Shown piece by piece: positions 49,402-62,600 of a stretch of 64,000 nt of DNA. The notes beneath the pieces are model-generated. The model did no database searches and was not told the DNA's origin. It saw nothing but the letters and a program-made list of their open reading frames with translations. Position 1 is the first letter of the stretch, and every line of letters starts with the position of its first letter. The position numbers were made by a program, and so were the translations under genes. Source of the DNA: Dudresnaya verticillata (lineage: Eukaryota); NCBI GenBank assembly GCA_977862235.1, contig OZ374558.1:1674001-1738000 (forward strand). Direction: 5' to 3'.

Positions 49402-51220
49402 CTAAACAAGGCACGCAACTGCATGACGAACTGGCGACGTTGCCACCTCCGGAGCTCTACGCCCACTACGTTCTACGGTTGCGCGAGGATGGCCCCAGCC
49501 GGATGAATAGCGATACGCCTCGAAAGTTGCTCTACATAGAAATCTTCTAGGATCTAGACCACCTCTGAACCAAAGCGGAGAGTCATATGCATAAAGCGCC
49601 GCAAGGTTTTGCAGTTCTAGTGAAGTGGCGACGGATTCCAGCAACCATTTCGTCGCTGCTAGGTCTCTGGGATTCCAGGTTCTGCTCAGTGTGTCGGGGT
49701 GCTTGTTGAGTGCCGACGGTAACCAACTGGCCCGGATTGTCACCTTCATCGTGATCAGGACTTGGTGTAGACGACGGAGCTCCTGCATCAGCTCCTTGCT
49801 CGCTGACACCGTATGGGATAGGATATGGAAAACTCCCATATTGTCTACGTGCAAGAGGAGGATCGAGTGATCCCCAGAGAGACGTGCCTGAATCAGAGAG
49901 TCCTCCAACGCCAGCCGGACTGCAACTAGCTCGCGGAGGGTGATGGAGCGTAGGCGCAAAAAAGGTGACCACGTACCTTGCACGGAGCGTTCGCCGGGTG
50001 CACCGGCCTCCATGTCTCGACCCAAGGTGCCTCCATATCCAACGTCTGCGGCATCTGTATGGAGGCACCACGATGGCTGTCCACCGCTATTGAGTCGCCC
50101 ATCGCCCTGCAGCATAGTCTTCCACGTTTGGAGGTCAATCATCCCGGCGTGTGATAACTTGACGGTCTTCTCAGGGTATCTGCCTCGCCGCGAGGCATCC
50201 CCTTCGAGAGCGTCGTACAGACGTCTTGTAAAAACCGGGCTAAGGGAAAAGGAATCAGCTGGGAGACCGCGCGACCGCAGAAGCTTGATAAGAGAGACTC
50301 CCGTACCCAGCGACTGCGCTGACGGGCCGTTCGCAAAAGGGCAGAAGCCGTCTCGTATAGCGTTTCCAGTTTCGAAGGCGTCACGAGGTATCGTAACTGT
50401 ACGGTATCTATGATGAGGCCCAGGTGCTCCAGTTTTGTAGACCCTTTTCCCCAGATGCCTTTGTCCGGGTGCCGTACCAAACCGAGGGATCCAAAAAGTA
50501 CGTCCAAATCTCTGGAAACTTGGCGACACTCCTTTGCGGTACTGGGTCTGCTTCCATCCCCAGGAGCCAAAAGATAAGCGTCTAGCCAGACAAGCACTCT
50601 CAGGCCCAAGGAGTGCCGTAGGTAGCGAGTGAGAGGGCTCAGAACTTTGACGAACCAGAATGGCGAAGCGGTCCATCCAAACGGCAAGGCTATACAGCGG
50701 TAGTGTTTGCCATCGTAGTGGAAAAGGAACCAATCCCACATGCGCGAGTGGAGGGCTATATGCCGATAACCACAGGACCAGTCGAAGGACAACAAACGGT
50801 CCCCTTTGCATAGACAGGCTCCAAAGGCTGAAAGGGTTTCCATCTTGACCGATTTCTTGTCCCAGTGCTCGCTCTGTTCCTTCAGGTTTATTATAAACCT
50901 TGGTTTGCCGTTCTGCCATGTCACAAATGCACTTGAGACGAATGCCCAGCGACGGACACAACTTTGTGCATGTTCGGCACTGACCGGCTGGTAAGTACCA
51001 ACACAGCAACCCTCTGCCAGCTCCTTTCTCGCAAACGAACGGTCTTCCGATGGCTGGGGGATCTCGGGAAGAATCCGCCCATGCAACAATGGTCGCTGAG
51101 GAGGTCCCACACTCCGAACTGTAGAATTGGGATGACGAAGGGGGTCGCGCCGATCCGTTCCCAGTTCTGCGCATTGCGTCGTGTGCCGGCCCATCGAGCT
51201 CGGCGCCTGGTGGACGGCAT
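49402..51220 (-). pseudogene. DIRS-type retroelement pol: RT plus RNase H (two frameshifts, catalytic site mutated)
   Basis: Pre-RT WERIGATPFVIPILQFGV. RT GKPRFIINL, SFDWSCGYRH, LPFGWTASP, VWLDA (normally YLDD), HLGLIIDT. DIRS-style RNase H LHTDAA..GYGG, ITLRELVAV, HVDN, WLPSALN..PDTLSR. Confidence 0.88.
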
Positions 51221-51240
51221 GGAGTGGTGATCGAGGACTA

Positions 51241-52910
51241 TTACTCCTTTGTGCCTGGCTTTTTGCTACCGTTAGTAGCATCCTTAGCCAGACACTTAGC
51301 AGTTTCGATGATATATTTGGCAGAAAGTGTGGTGCAAGGGGAGGTGAGCCCTTTTTCGCTGAAAGCGGGCGGACCAAATACGTCGACCGACGGAGAACCC
51401 GCCACCGGCGCTCACCACCGCCGTTGGCACGCGAACACGTCATCGACGGCTCACTGGGGCGCGCGCGCACACTACGCGACGCGCGCCACGCGGGCACTGT
51501 ACGGTGATGGCCCGACGTGGCGCCCCGGGACACTGTAATACGGATCCAGATGGGATCCGGATCCGGTATCCAGATTGGCTATCCGGATCGCCTAAGCTGT
51601 AAGATTCGCGCCTGTAAGGCTGCGGGTATTCGCATTGCTGGCCCGATCCGGATGGGATCGGGATCGGACAAGTATCGGATTAGATCTAATGCGCACGCTC
51701 TACAGTGCGCGCGCACGCACGGCTAAGGCCCACGCGTCCACGTGTGTGTGTAAGCACCCATACAGGGGTTTGCACGGCAACTTGTCACGCGCGCGGCTGC
51801 ATGCAATCGGTGATCTGTCAGACGCGCCTCGGGACGACACGTGTCCCGAGTTCCCGCGCTACGCACACGCACCGCCGCCGCCGCACCGCCGTACTATACT
51901 TAGGTAAGCCGTCCCAGACGTAACAGTAAACGCCCGGGCAAGCCGGCCTTGGTCCAGACTTCCCCGTTCCGCACGCGCGTATCTTACCGCTGCCTACGGC
52001 TAAGCGTCTACCTCCCGTGCTTCCACGTCTACCATCGTCCTTGACGTGTTCCCCTTTCTGTTCCCTTTTCCCTTCCTTCACACCTTCCGCCTCGGGCGTC
52101 TACAGTCCGCCCAAGGCGTGTTCCTTTTCTCTACCACCAAGTCGCGCACGGCGGGACCACCTCTCGCCAAGGGCGCAGCTACCCACCGAGCCCCGAACGG
52201 CTCGGCGGTCTATCGTCTTAGACGTTTTGCACCACAGAACGCTCTTCATATACATCTGAATAGGCGTCCGAGGGCATCTGATGGCGCTTGGCCTCAACAC
52301 GAGTCTCGAAGAGCTCCGCAATTTGGTTGGCCTAGCTCTGTCCTTTGCTGAGAACAGTCTGAAAGTGTGCAGTTCGCATCGCCAGAACCTCTTTGGCACC
52401 ATCGAGACCTTCTACGATGAGGCCCAGCAAGCGAGACTGCTTCTCTGGATCCGAGTCCGCTTTGATGAGTTCGAGCGCAGCCTTGCACTGCTCCAGCCAA
52501 CAACCCGCTGAATGGATGTACTCGAGTTCCTTAGCGTTGCGCCGGTCCGTTCGGAAGGTCTCCAAGTACAGTGTCGTTTCGGGCTTGAAATATCCGTCCT
52601 CATTCGGTAGAACGAGGCTAGAACGCGGCCACAATTCCTTGCGGCCAACCATACCGGCAGCCAGCTGATGATTAACAACATCAACATAGTCACAAGATGA
52701 CGGGGGCGAGACAGAGACGGAGGTGGCTGTTTCGCGTACATTTTTTCGGTCATTGAGGTCTGAGCGGTTCACCTGTCCAACGGGACGGAAATCATTTGTT
52801 CGAAAGTATCTTGAGAACGAAGGAAAGAACTTAGGGGAGACCGAGGGGTTGTCTAAGCTGGACTGTAGTGCTTATATCCCCTCCAGAACCTCTAAATTTG
52901 GTAACACCAT
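51241..52910 (-). pseudogene. DIRS-type ORF1 (gag-like), interrupted by a solo LTR and stops
   Basis: ATG 52910 (MVLPNLEV...). Removing the LTR and one TSD copy restores the frame ...YSDVYEELSAKYIIETAKCL...KE* ending at 51241, directly upstream of pol. Confidence 0.65.
51328..52236 (+). mobile_element. Solo LTR of the E2 family (909 bp)
   Basis: Inverted copy of the E2 LTRs, no PBS or PPT adjacent; TSD GAAAG (51323-51327) / GAACG (52237-52241). Confidence 0.93.
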
Positions 52911-55226
52911 ATGGTGCAGCCCCAAACAGTGAAGTGCCAAATATAGTGCTAAAAGTTGCACAGACCCGTAGAAACCCCTTTCGGGTAGATGTTGTATCGG
53001 GTTGTTGCTGGTTCAGGACGCTCGGCAGGGCTCGCTATCCCCAGTAAGGTCTTTTCACCAGTGTAGACGCATCGAGACACAAACTGAAAAGCTTTTCGAT
53101 CTTTGCGCGGAATTGCGTATTTGAGTGGGGCCCATCGGATTGTCTCTGGCAAGTGCTGTTCAAGGACCGTCAGTCTTGACTCGAATATGACGCAACTACA
53201 GTAGAAGCAACTTGCAACTTGTGGTTGACATCAGTTTCAAGGATACAGTCCGGGTGAATACCGCCCGAATTTCATGAGCCCTGCGAATACGGACCTAGGC
53301 GGGGCACGAACGGACTGGACCAAGCAGCAAAGGCGTTATGAACTGCAAAGAAAATTAGGCCATATTCGCATTTCTAATTGACGGCTGACTTTCTCATCCA
53401 AGCGGGTCTGGTTGAGCACACGCCGCACCGGGAAGGCCACCTTGTCACTACTGTAGGGTGTCTCCCGGGCACAAGACTCTGGAAAGACTGAGATTGGCTT
53501 TTGCCTGTTATTCGCTGTGAGAAAGATCTCAATTGAAAACTGTTTTCTGTTATGAGTACTCACTGCTAGTTGCCGGCAAAAGGCTTGCTGTTTGTTGTCC
53601 TCAACTGAGGAATTTCCCATTTTCAATGGTTGTCAGCTTTCGGGCGATTCGTTCGCATGATGGTGTTGGGCTTGGCCTATTTTGTGATAGTTGAAAGAAA
53701 GTGATACGAGTGCAACTCTTCACTGTGTCAATAGAGCTGATATTCACCCGCGGTAGTCGGGAAAACAGAGAAAGGGGTGGCTCTAGACTAAGAAAGCAAG
53801 GAAAAGGGGTGTGGTTGCTAACGGGATTGTGCAAAGATTTTGCAAGGAGCTGAGGTGTAAGCGAAAGGCCGTCTGGCGAGTATTTTAACAGTATGGTAGT
53901 GTGTGTGGATCACTCATCCGTGGTCGGGCAAGGTTGGCTCCTGAAACAATTGGATAGGGAAAGCGCGAGTAGCGGGGCAGAATGCACGACTTGAAGAGTG
54001 CAGGAGTGCGATGGATGACAATTGCGTAAACAGCGACATTACATTGTGCAGCGCGCAGCTCGTACAGTATCGTTGACGGCTTTAGGGCATACTGTATCAT
54101 ACTGCTGACAACTCTACTTTACTGCGCTGCTCGGCACAGTATGGTGAAATGCGCAGGGAGCGGAGTGCTCGTTGAGGACGCACCGTTTTGGCGATCACAC
54201 CCAATACCGTACCACGCGCAGTAGGGTTGGGGTGGGGTAGTGGTCGACGTGCTTCCTCGAGTGCTGGAGAGGTGTCAAAAAGTCATGCTGTAACGCTAAA
54301 AGTTGATCGCGAACACGTGGATAGTGTGCGCACACCACGAAGCACGTTTTCCGAGCCAGCTGGGAAGGCGTGAGCTGGTCGAGCAATGGCAAGAAACCGG
54401 AGGAGCGCGGCGCTCGCCCGACAGCGCGAGAGAGCCCAGTTGCGAGAACTGCTGTGGCCGAAGCCCGACGTGGTGGACAGAGTCACAATTGAAAATAGGC
54501 GGGTATCTAGACAAGGCAAGCGGGGTGTACACAGTACTATCTTACAGGGGGTTGGTTGCATGTGAGCGGCGGTGCTGGTCGGACGCGGCTAGTGTGTCGC
54601 CGAGCGTTGCCTGCGGGGAATGACGCAGTGGCGCGGGCGCTCACCGCGGCTCGTGACGTGCGACCCTGACAGCCATCTGTGAGGGCGGCTCGCCGCGCGG
54701 AAGGCCGGGGCGGGGCGCACCAGCGTGCGCGTGGCTGTGTGGGTGGTGCGCGGCGGGGCCGTTCGGGGCGCGCCGGCCGAGTTGCAGCGGCGCGCGGCGG
54801 CGCGCGAACCGTGTCAGCCGGGGCGCGCACGCGCCGACCGGGGCACGGACAGCTTTGATGTCGAGCGCGCGGAGTGATTCATTCGCGCTCAGCTGACAGG
54901 AGCGCAGCGGACATCTGCGCGCTCCGAAAAGTGTATTTGCACCATATGGCACAATCGTGACAGCGGCAGTCTACGCGCTGCGGCGCGGCCGCGCGGGCCA
55001 TGCGCTGACGCACGGCGCGCGGGCGGCGGCGCGGGCGACACGGCGGACGTGTCGACGAGTCGACATGGCGTGAATGCGGCTAATTTAGTTAAAAGCGTAA
55101 ACAAGTCGCCAACTTCGCCGCCAAATATTTCTGCGCCAAGCGCGTCGACATTTCTCCGGGGCCCGTGTTTTCGCCCCGTTCAGCCACTTTGCCCGTGCGA
55201 CCCCGACGAGTTACACGATTATTTTA

Positions 55227-57224
55227 ATGTTGCAACCCACCGAAACCGCCATTCCGCGCGCCAAGCAAACCACAAAGCAATTTGCCCCGCCCGGTGCTGT
55301 CTCGCCCTTATTTCACGGTGTAACACCACCAGCCTCCTCCCCTCCTCCCGCCCCCACCGCGCCCACCAAACCGCTCTCTACCCTCACCATGGCGGAGCCC
55401 CCGCCCGCTCCGCGCTCTGCCCCGTCCACCGCGAAGAACCCAGCTGCGAACCCCATGAAGAACCGTCTTCTGCGAACCTGGGACACCCCCAAGCCCGCTC
55501 CCGCCCCCGCCCAGACCCCCGCGAAGCAACCGAGCCGCCCTGGTCCCGAGAAGAAGAAGCCCTCCCCGTCGCGGAATCACGCGGCCTTGGCCCGCACCAC
55601 TGCCCAACCACCCCATTCACCGCAGAGCACCCCGGCCCACCCCGCCGTCAGAAGACGTCGTTACCCTAAGCTGCTCTCCACCGACAAGAATGGTAACCTT
55701 GTCGCTCACCCACTCAACCTTCATGCAGCCAAGAAGAGCTCGCCTACTACGAATGCCCCTGCTCACACCCCCGCCCGGCCAAGCCAAGCCCAAAGGGAAA
55801 AGCCCGACCCCCGTCGTCCTGCCAAACCCGCTGTCGAGCGTGCTGCCCCTGCTTTGACGTCTTCAAAAAAGCCGCTTGTTCGCACTGCTGCTCAGCCTTC
55901 GCGTCAGACTGGTATTTCCAACCCCGGCCGAGCCACTGTGCCCAAGAGCTCGCCATCAAAGGTACCCTACGTTGTGCAGAAGCCGGCCAGGCCGAGGGCT
56001 ACCCAGTCCAAGCCTCTGGCTATGTCAATGCGCGCCAAGCAAGCCGTCCGTGCAGCTCCCGCCGTGCCCCCGCGTTTTCCTGGTCGTGACGCTCGCCGTA
56101 CTTCTGGTCCCCAACGTGGTAAGCACGTCAAACATGCGCCGGCCTCTGTGCCTCTTCCTCGTCCGAATCCCGGCCCCCAAGTCGCACCTCTGCTCGGTCG
56201 GGCGCCGCAGCTTCCGCCGAATGGTTCAACGCCCAAGATCCAAAACCCGGGTAAGGCAACTCCGAAAGCCCTTCAGTCTGCACCGGGACCTCGCCAGGCT
56301 TCTGATCCTCGCTTGGTTGTTCCGCGACATGGTAATGCTCCAGGCTCCCGCCCGCAGTCGACAACCGGTGCTCCCGTGGTTGCGTCGCAGACTGCCCGAC
56401 CATCAGCGGCAGAGCGGGCGAATAACGAGAAGGTTATCCAAGTTGGGCGGCGATTCGGTACCGTCCAGTACTGGCGCAGCTCACTCCAGATGCCGAAGAC
56501 AAGCGGTGTAAAGAAGAGCAGCGCAAAGAAGCCAACCAGCGCGGTGAAGAAGGGCCTTAGGACGCCACGTGAAGAGGAAATCTCGGCGGCATCTGCGATT
56601 CCGGGCGTTAGGGCTGTCGGTCGACCACTCTCGGCTCCTCGAACCGGCACATCTCCGGTTGCTGGTCCAAAACAAGAACCCTTGTTGGCACCTGCTCCCG
56701 ACGCGACGCAGCCTGTTTCTCAGGTTGCACCCCGTGGTTCTCTGGGTTCCTGGCCACGGGGCCCAGTGCCTACTAATCGCGGACTCGTGAACCCGCTTGC
56801 TACCCGCACACCGCTTGACACTGCACAGCAGCATGCGTTCTGGCGTACAGCCAAGAAGCTCCCTAGTGTCAGCTCTGACAAAGCTAGACAGAAGCGATTG
56901 GCGAGTGGCAGAAGAAAGGTGGGAGAGGCTTCGGGTGCCCCTGCCGTGTCCAGGTCAAGCAGTGAGGGTCTACCAAACAAATCTGCACCGTGCAGTAACA
57001 CTACATCGCCGAAGGGGGACACGAAAAAGGCTGGTGCCAAAGTGGCAGATGACCGCACAAACGCTGGGCATCAGCGCATTGTGGAGCCAGTTGGAGTCAG
57101 TACGGCTGCTGCCAACACGCAACCGACGCCGCCATCCAGTGGTAGTACGAACGGCGTGGATGCTGCTAGAAGTGGCGGTGCCGAAAGCAGGGCTGGGATT
57201 ACCCCTCAGATGGATGTCCTGTGA
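55227..57224 (+). CDS. Pro/Ala/Lys-rich low-complexity protein (665 aa), probably a truncated or pseudogenised host gene
   Basis: Long ORF with ATG, preceded by a very GC-rich region (~54600-55070). Protein-like reading seems to continue in another frame with stops until cut at 57410. Confidence 0.55.
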   Translation: MLQPTETAIPRAKQTTKQFAPPGAVSPLFHGVTPPASSPPPAPTAPTKPLSTLTMAEPPPAPRSAPSTAKNPAANPMKNRLLRTWDTPKPAPAPAQTPAKQPSRPGPEKKKPSPSRNHAALARTTAQPPHSPQSTPAHPAVRRRRYPKLLSTDKNGNLVAHPLNLHAAKKSSPTTNAPAHTPARPSQAQREKPDPRRPAKPAVERAAPALTSSKKPLVRTAAQPSRQTGISNPGRATVPKSSPSKVPYVVQKPARPRATQSKPLAMSMRAKQAVRAAPAVPPRFPGRDARRTSGPQRGKHVKHAPASVPLPRPNPGPQVAPLLGRAPQLPPNGSTPKIQNPGKATPKALQSAPGPRQASDPRLVVPRHGNAPGSRPQSTTGAPVVASQTARPSAAERANNEKVIQVGRRFGTVQYWRSSLQMPKTSGVKKSSAKKPTSAVKKGLRTPREEEISAASAIPGVRAVGRPLSAPRTGTSPVAGPKQEPLLAPAPDATQPVSQVAPRGSLGSWPRGPVPTNRGLVNPLATRTPLDTAQQHAFWRTAKKLPSVSSDKARQKRLASGRRKVGEASGAPAVSRSSSEGLPNKSAPCSNTTSPKGDTKKAGAKVADDRTNAGHQRIVEPVGVSTAAANTQPTPPSSGSTNGVDAARSGGAESRAGITPQMDVL

Positions 57225-58602
57225 CAGTGGCGCAACGTCCATGCGATCTCATAGAACCCGACAGCAAATCGGAACGTCTGGGGAACGGGAAAAAGATGTG
57301 GCTGACGCGTGTCGCCGTCCATGAAACTATGAAATATTTTGCCTAGAACAGGAGGGACTATGAAGTCTTACTCAAGGAGTGCGAATAGGGGAAGTACTCA
57401 ATTTATTCATCAGACGCGTAGTGTGATGCCTGGGGGGATATTTCGGAGATGTGGAAGGGATCGGCTTGACAGGAGTGCGCGCGAGCGGTTGCGTGTAAGA
57501 GGCAACGAGCTCACCGGGACGCCCGGCAGTTCTGGAGAAGCCGGGTGCAAGCCGGGTGCAAGTCCGGTGGTGGTTCAGGGGGATTCTCAGGTCATAGGGG
57601 ATTGCTGCGGTTCGGGGTGGAGTGGGGTTACCGATCGGGGTATAAGTTGGAGGAGGTCGGCTCATCGCATTAAATAAAAGTTGTTCTTTAAAATAAAGGT
57701 CTCCTCTCTCTCTCTCTCTCTCTCATCGCGGGGGAAGGCGGGGGCCAGCAGGCCTCATTCTCATCGCCGATTGGCCATGCACGATTTGATCCCAGATTTT
57801 TCGTACAGAGCGCAGAGCGACGCTGAGCGGTAATCGCACCTGCCACCTCCGTCCCGGCCGTGATCCCTCCTCAGCCCACAAGTCGCAGTACCGCCAAGCC
57901 GCCTTCGTCAACTTCGTGTTCTCGTCCGAGTTGCGCAAGCGCTCACCACTGCCGTGATCTACACAGTAGCCTCGTGGCCTCTCTTCGCCGGTCGCAGCCT
58001 TCCCAACTGGCGGAGCGCCTGAAGCCCTGCCCGTGCTCTGGTGAAATTGACGTCTCCTCGGTGTCTACGCCACTGGCTCAACCGCCTTCTCGCTGTGTGG
58101 CCCTCTACCTCCCCATCTACACCCCTACTTTCTCAATTCTACGAGCTTTTCAGACCGCGGCAAAAAGAGCACGTGCTCTTGGATCGTGCGATAAGCACTA
58201 ATAGTAGTACACTTTATTCAAAGAAGAAAGCTGGAGTCCTTTTGGGGGCTTAATTTCTGCCATAACGTGCACTGCAGTCAACGACCTTGCGGATATTGAC
58301 CGCCACCGCTACGTATTGTAGAACAACAGTGGTCAACAGAGCGTGTTCATCTCCTTTATGCAACGTAAACGCAAACGCACTTTATCAACTAAGATGCTAT
58401 TAGTGGTTCACTCACAACATACAGCGACATTGGGAAGAAATTCTATCGCTTCGTAACCTTCAAAGTCCAGACAGTATGGCAGGCATTCGGAACAGGAATG
58501 ATAAGTAAAGGATTCCTGAAGAGGACACTATCTCTCGCCGTTACCAACAATCTGGACCTGAGATCTGGACCTGCGGCACGAAACACAATACACCGCCAGC
58601 TA

Positions 58603-59691
58603 CTAGCCCGCATTCTTATTAATCGCTGAAGTCCCGGGAGTCCTTTTGTCGACTGGCCCGTTATAGGGTTTGTAGCTGTGCTTCCTGTGGTGATGCTTCT
58701 TCAATACAGAAGCCCTGGTGGTGACCAATGGACAGTACTGGCAACCAAACCTGCGATACTTCTTGTGGAGGCTTTCAAAATGGCGCTTCATATCACCCCT
58801 GGTTCCGAATGTAGCCCTGCACGGAGTGTAAGCGCACGGAAAACGCTTGGTGCGTTCGTCTCTCTGGATAGATTCCGGTATGCGAAAAAGGTCCTCCGCG
58901 TTTTCCATGGCGTTGAGATCGTGGGCGTCGTTTGATTCGGGAAGAGAAGGCAACTGGTATTGGTCCAGGTCCATTATGGGAGCCTTCTGGTCTTCAGGCC
59001 CACTGATCTGCATAGCGCGAGAGTCAGACATTTTCAAGTTCTTCTCTCGTGTCTGCTCCATTGGAATTTCGGATTGCGCGACGAAGGGGCATCTTGATGA
59101 ACCGGGCTCTGTTGAGGGAACCACGGTGATCTCACGGCGAGAACAGTTAAGCAGTCCAAGCAATGGAGTCACAGGCGGCACGTTTACATGCATCTGGGTC
59201 CCAGTAGAAGAGCATGTATCGAATTGTATCTTTCCGTACTGCTCCGTTGAGATTCTTGGAAATATCATTGAGAAGGAGGGACCGCCTGTAGAACTCAGCT
59301 TGGGGTGTGGGACGTTGAATAGCGGGTTCGGCTTCCAGGCCCTGTTGTCAAAGGAACCCACTCTGCGGCGTTTGAAGAGTGTTGAAAGATTGGTAATGCC
59401 GTATGGTTCCGGCTCCATCGAAGGAATTATTGGAGTTCCCTGAAACAGGGGCGGTGCCACCTGTTCCGTGGGGTTGATATCACTCGGTCCAGACCCTAGC
59501 GGTGAGTAATTAAACACCGAAGGCGCAACAGTCTGGAGCGGAGCCGGGCGATATGATTCAACACGAACGAGAGATGAGTAGGGCGGTAGGCGAGCCACTG
59601 AAATATTTCGTTGAATGAGCAGTGGCGTGGGATGTGGGGGTGAGCCGTAAGGCCAGTCCATCTGAGAATTGATTTGTGTGTGCCAGTGCAT
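58603..59691 (-). CDS. C2H2 zinc-finger protein, copy 3
   Basis: Near-identical to copies 1 and 2, intact ORF. Confidence 0.85.
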   Translation of the reverse strand: MHWHTQINSQMDWPYGSPPHPTPLLIQRNISVARLPPYSSLVRVESYRPAPLQTVAPSVFNYSPLGSGPSDINPTEQVAPPLFQGTPIIPSMEPEPYGITNLSTLFKRRRVGSFDNRAWKPNPLFNVPHPKLSSTGGPSFSMIFPRISTEQYGKIQFDTCSSTGTQMHVNVPPVTPLLGLLNCSRREITVVPSTEPGSSRCPFVAQSEIPMEQTREKNLKMSDSRAMQISGPEDQKAPIMDLDQYQLPSLPESNDAHDLNAMENAEDLFRIPESIQRDERTKRFPCAYTPCRATFGTRGDMKRHFESLHKKYRRFGCQYCPLVTTRASVLKKHHHRKHSYKPYNGPVDKRTPGTSAINKNAG

Positions 59692-62600
59692 CGCGGGCCC
59701 TCGTACAGTCCTGAGAAGAATCGGCAGGAGTCCACGGGGAGTAGTTCCACGTGAATACGGAAGTATGTATGAAATACTTAGCTCTGAAGGCCTTGCAACT
59801 CGGGGGTAGACGAGGTTGAACGAACTTGCTCTGCGAAACAAACATGCAGCGGTGAGCTGAGCAAGGCACCGCCTGGTTGTGAAGATCTCGCCACCGCCAG
59901 GAGAGGGTGCCGTTGGTGAGGCCGAGTTTCTCCTGTTCCATCGGACTCAATAGTCTGGCCCGTCCACATGCGACAAGTGGAAGCGGCCTGCCAATGACAT
60001 TGCTTCGTGTTTTACGTCTAATACCACTCTGTATGGGGCATAAAGGACCGTTGTGGGCGGAGAGTGAGAGAGGTTATTCCGCCCGGAAGTGCAGGTGAAC
60101 CCCGCCCTGACTTCCCCCCCGCTTCGTTCACAACCTTGGGCGACTCCATCGACGCCATCCGCCGCATCGGCTACAGCGCCCCCGATTCCCGCCCGCTACC
60201 CCCTCTTCGAAGCACTCCACGTAGTGTGTTAGCTCATAGGCCACTGCTGCCGAAGCAGACGCACTCTAAATCAGGCTGTCCGTCTTGTCGGTCAAGGTGA
60301 ATGCCCAGAATGAAAGGAAGGAAGAAAATTAAGATCCCGGGAAACGAAGGCCCCTCACGAACGACATGGTCAGGATTTATTGTCTCAAGCACAAGCGGTT
60401 CTACCTACCGTGCAATACTCTTTTCGAGATTTGCCTACATGACGAATCAGTTTTTGCTGCGACGAGTCCAGACAATCTGAGATCATGGACCTTGACGTGG
60501 TCACATGGCGTTTCGATGACGATGATACCGGAGAGAGCGCGTCTTGTCAACGACGTTCCTGGGTTTATGCTCCAAGGCGTATGGTAACGAAGGTATTGCT
60601 CGCCTCTTACTGCGCACGCGGGATAGAAGTAGAGGCACGCACCTCCCACCACCCAACAACCAAGATGACCGATCAGAATCACCCCACCAAACACAGCCGT
60701 CTATCGACAGGGGCCGAACAAAATCGAACTTCTTGGATCCGCGCAACCTAGTCGCTGAGATGCACTAAACCTTGTTCATCATGACCGATGCTACAAATCC
60801 GGACAAAAGGATGCAGTTTCTCGAAGCAGTCGTTTCTCGAAGCAGGCGTTTCTCGAAGCAGGCGCGTCTCAAAGCAGGCTAGACGGAGCTAGCGCAGGGC
60901 AAGCTCCATTATTACCGCTATCTCGAAGATCACCTCCCGGTACATATACATTTCGATATGGCCGAAATGTGCATCCCACAAAGTGTGATCCGGGCGCCCC
61001 TCCTGTGCAGGGGGAGGGACTTTTTCGTCGATCCGGCGCGGAGAGAGAGGAATGCAGCTGCTCACGATTTGGTGCAGATTCCAATCGCGCTGCAGAAGCA
61101 ATGCGGTCGCGGATATTGTTCGCAAAGATACATCCTGGTTCTGCGTCGAGACGAATATTTTGAAGAAGGCATTGGCTTCCTGGTGGGACGGTGTCGCAAG
61201 ATGTGTTGTTCGAGCCCGTATATCCATTGAGGTATCGCGCGCTCGGCGCGACACACCGCTGCAGCGCCTTACGCCCATGCCTTAGTGGAGTTGGGCAGGG
61301 CAGGAAAGAAGAGCAGTGAGGTGGGAACCGCAGAGGGCGATGCGCGCTCGGTGGTTGAATTGGCGTCAAGTGCGGGAGGGGCGATCGGCCGAATGAGCAG
61401 CGCGTGCCGTGGGTGGGCGAACATAGCGCCTATGCGCGAGGATCGGATGAGCGGATGCGCGCGGATGTGGTGAGGGCGTTATGGGTTCAGCACACTGGCA
61501 TGACCAGTGGCCAAAAGGCACAACCATCTTAAAAGTCTTCTTCTGTAACTGGGTGTTGACATGATAGCATCCCGTGGGCCACGGATTGGGCTCACTTATT
61601 TGGTCTCATTCAGTCCAATGTGTCTGTTTCCGGCCTTCTATTCTCCCTCGCTTTGGCTGTACCATGGAACCTTCACAAGAAAATATACCCCTGCTCCTCA
61701 TGAATGGACTTGTCAGTATCGCTTTCCACAGCTAGATATTTGAGAGCTACAAGAAAAAGCGGCAGCTCTTGCTTTTGCATCGATGGATAGCATACTGCTA
61801 CACATACTTCTGCTGGGTTTCGGAAATGTGTTATCTTGCTCCCCGACGATATCAAATGTGCACGGCCGCGGAGAGATCTAGTAACGAATAAACGTGCCCC
61901 ATGCCTTGAACTGCAGCTGTTTCCGGATGCTGGTTCCTCTGACCCAAGGCGCTAGATCAAGAAGGTTCGACAAGAGCCGAAAATGTATCGAACATGATTT
62001 GGCACGAGTCGAGCATGTGACGGCAATTCGAACAAGCGGCGGCAATGGGTTTCAACATCTGCAGCAAAAGCAGAACTTCAACATCTTGATTTCCTCCGTG
62101 TGCTTTCCGAGCTATACCGCAAGGCCACCAGTTCATATTCAGAGCCGATCTAGAATACAACGTAATAATCGTATTCTACTCCTTCATCACCTGCCGAAAC
62201 TCTTCAGATCGAGATTGGGACTGGAACGCCCTCGATGAACCATCCGCCTGTCTACAGCACCGGCGAGGTGTTGTCAAGTTTTGAGCTGCACAGTACCACC
62301 GAGGTCAAAGTCAACTGTTGCAACATAGCTTCCAAGCACATCTCCAAAGCTCTCGATGGGTTTCTACGGCTCCAACAATAGTGCGAGGACAAATGTGAGC
62401 AGATCACTGCAGATATACGTCTTGAGGGATTTGGGCAGTTCCTGTACACCGGCAGCGTCACAGGCGTTGGTTCGAGCGAAACGCTCAAGCAGGTATGAGT
62501 TTGATTGCGCAAGACTGTTCTGAGCTCTTCGTCACCATTTAATCATTCGCTGGGACCCATGCTGTTCGCTTCGGCGTTCATCATTTCCATATGTAGAGTG

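Noticed and set aside
49402..51174. 590-aa ORF as a single real protein
   Set aside because: Only the portion after the ~50230 frameshift is RNase H-related. The rest is an alternative frame of RT.
50139..51533. 464-aa ORF as a single real protein
   Set aside because: Its N-terminus lies inside the solo LTR and in an off-frame stretch. Only the part from ~51090 is DIRS RT.
52930..54600. DIRS terminal repeats or further ORFs
   Set aside because: No inverted or split direct repeats matching the 49.3-49.6 kb side were found by eye.
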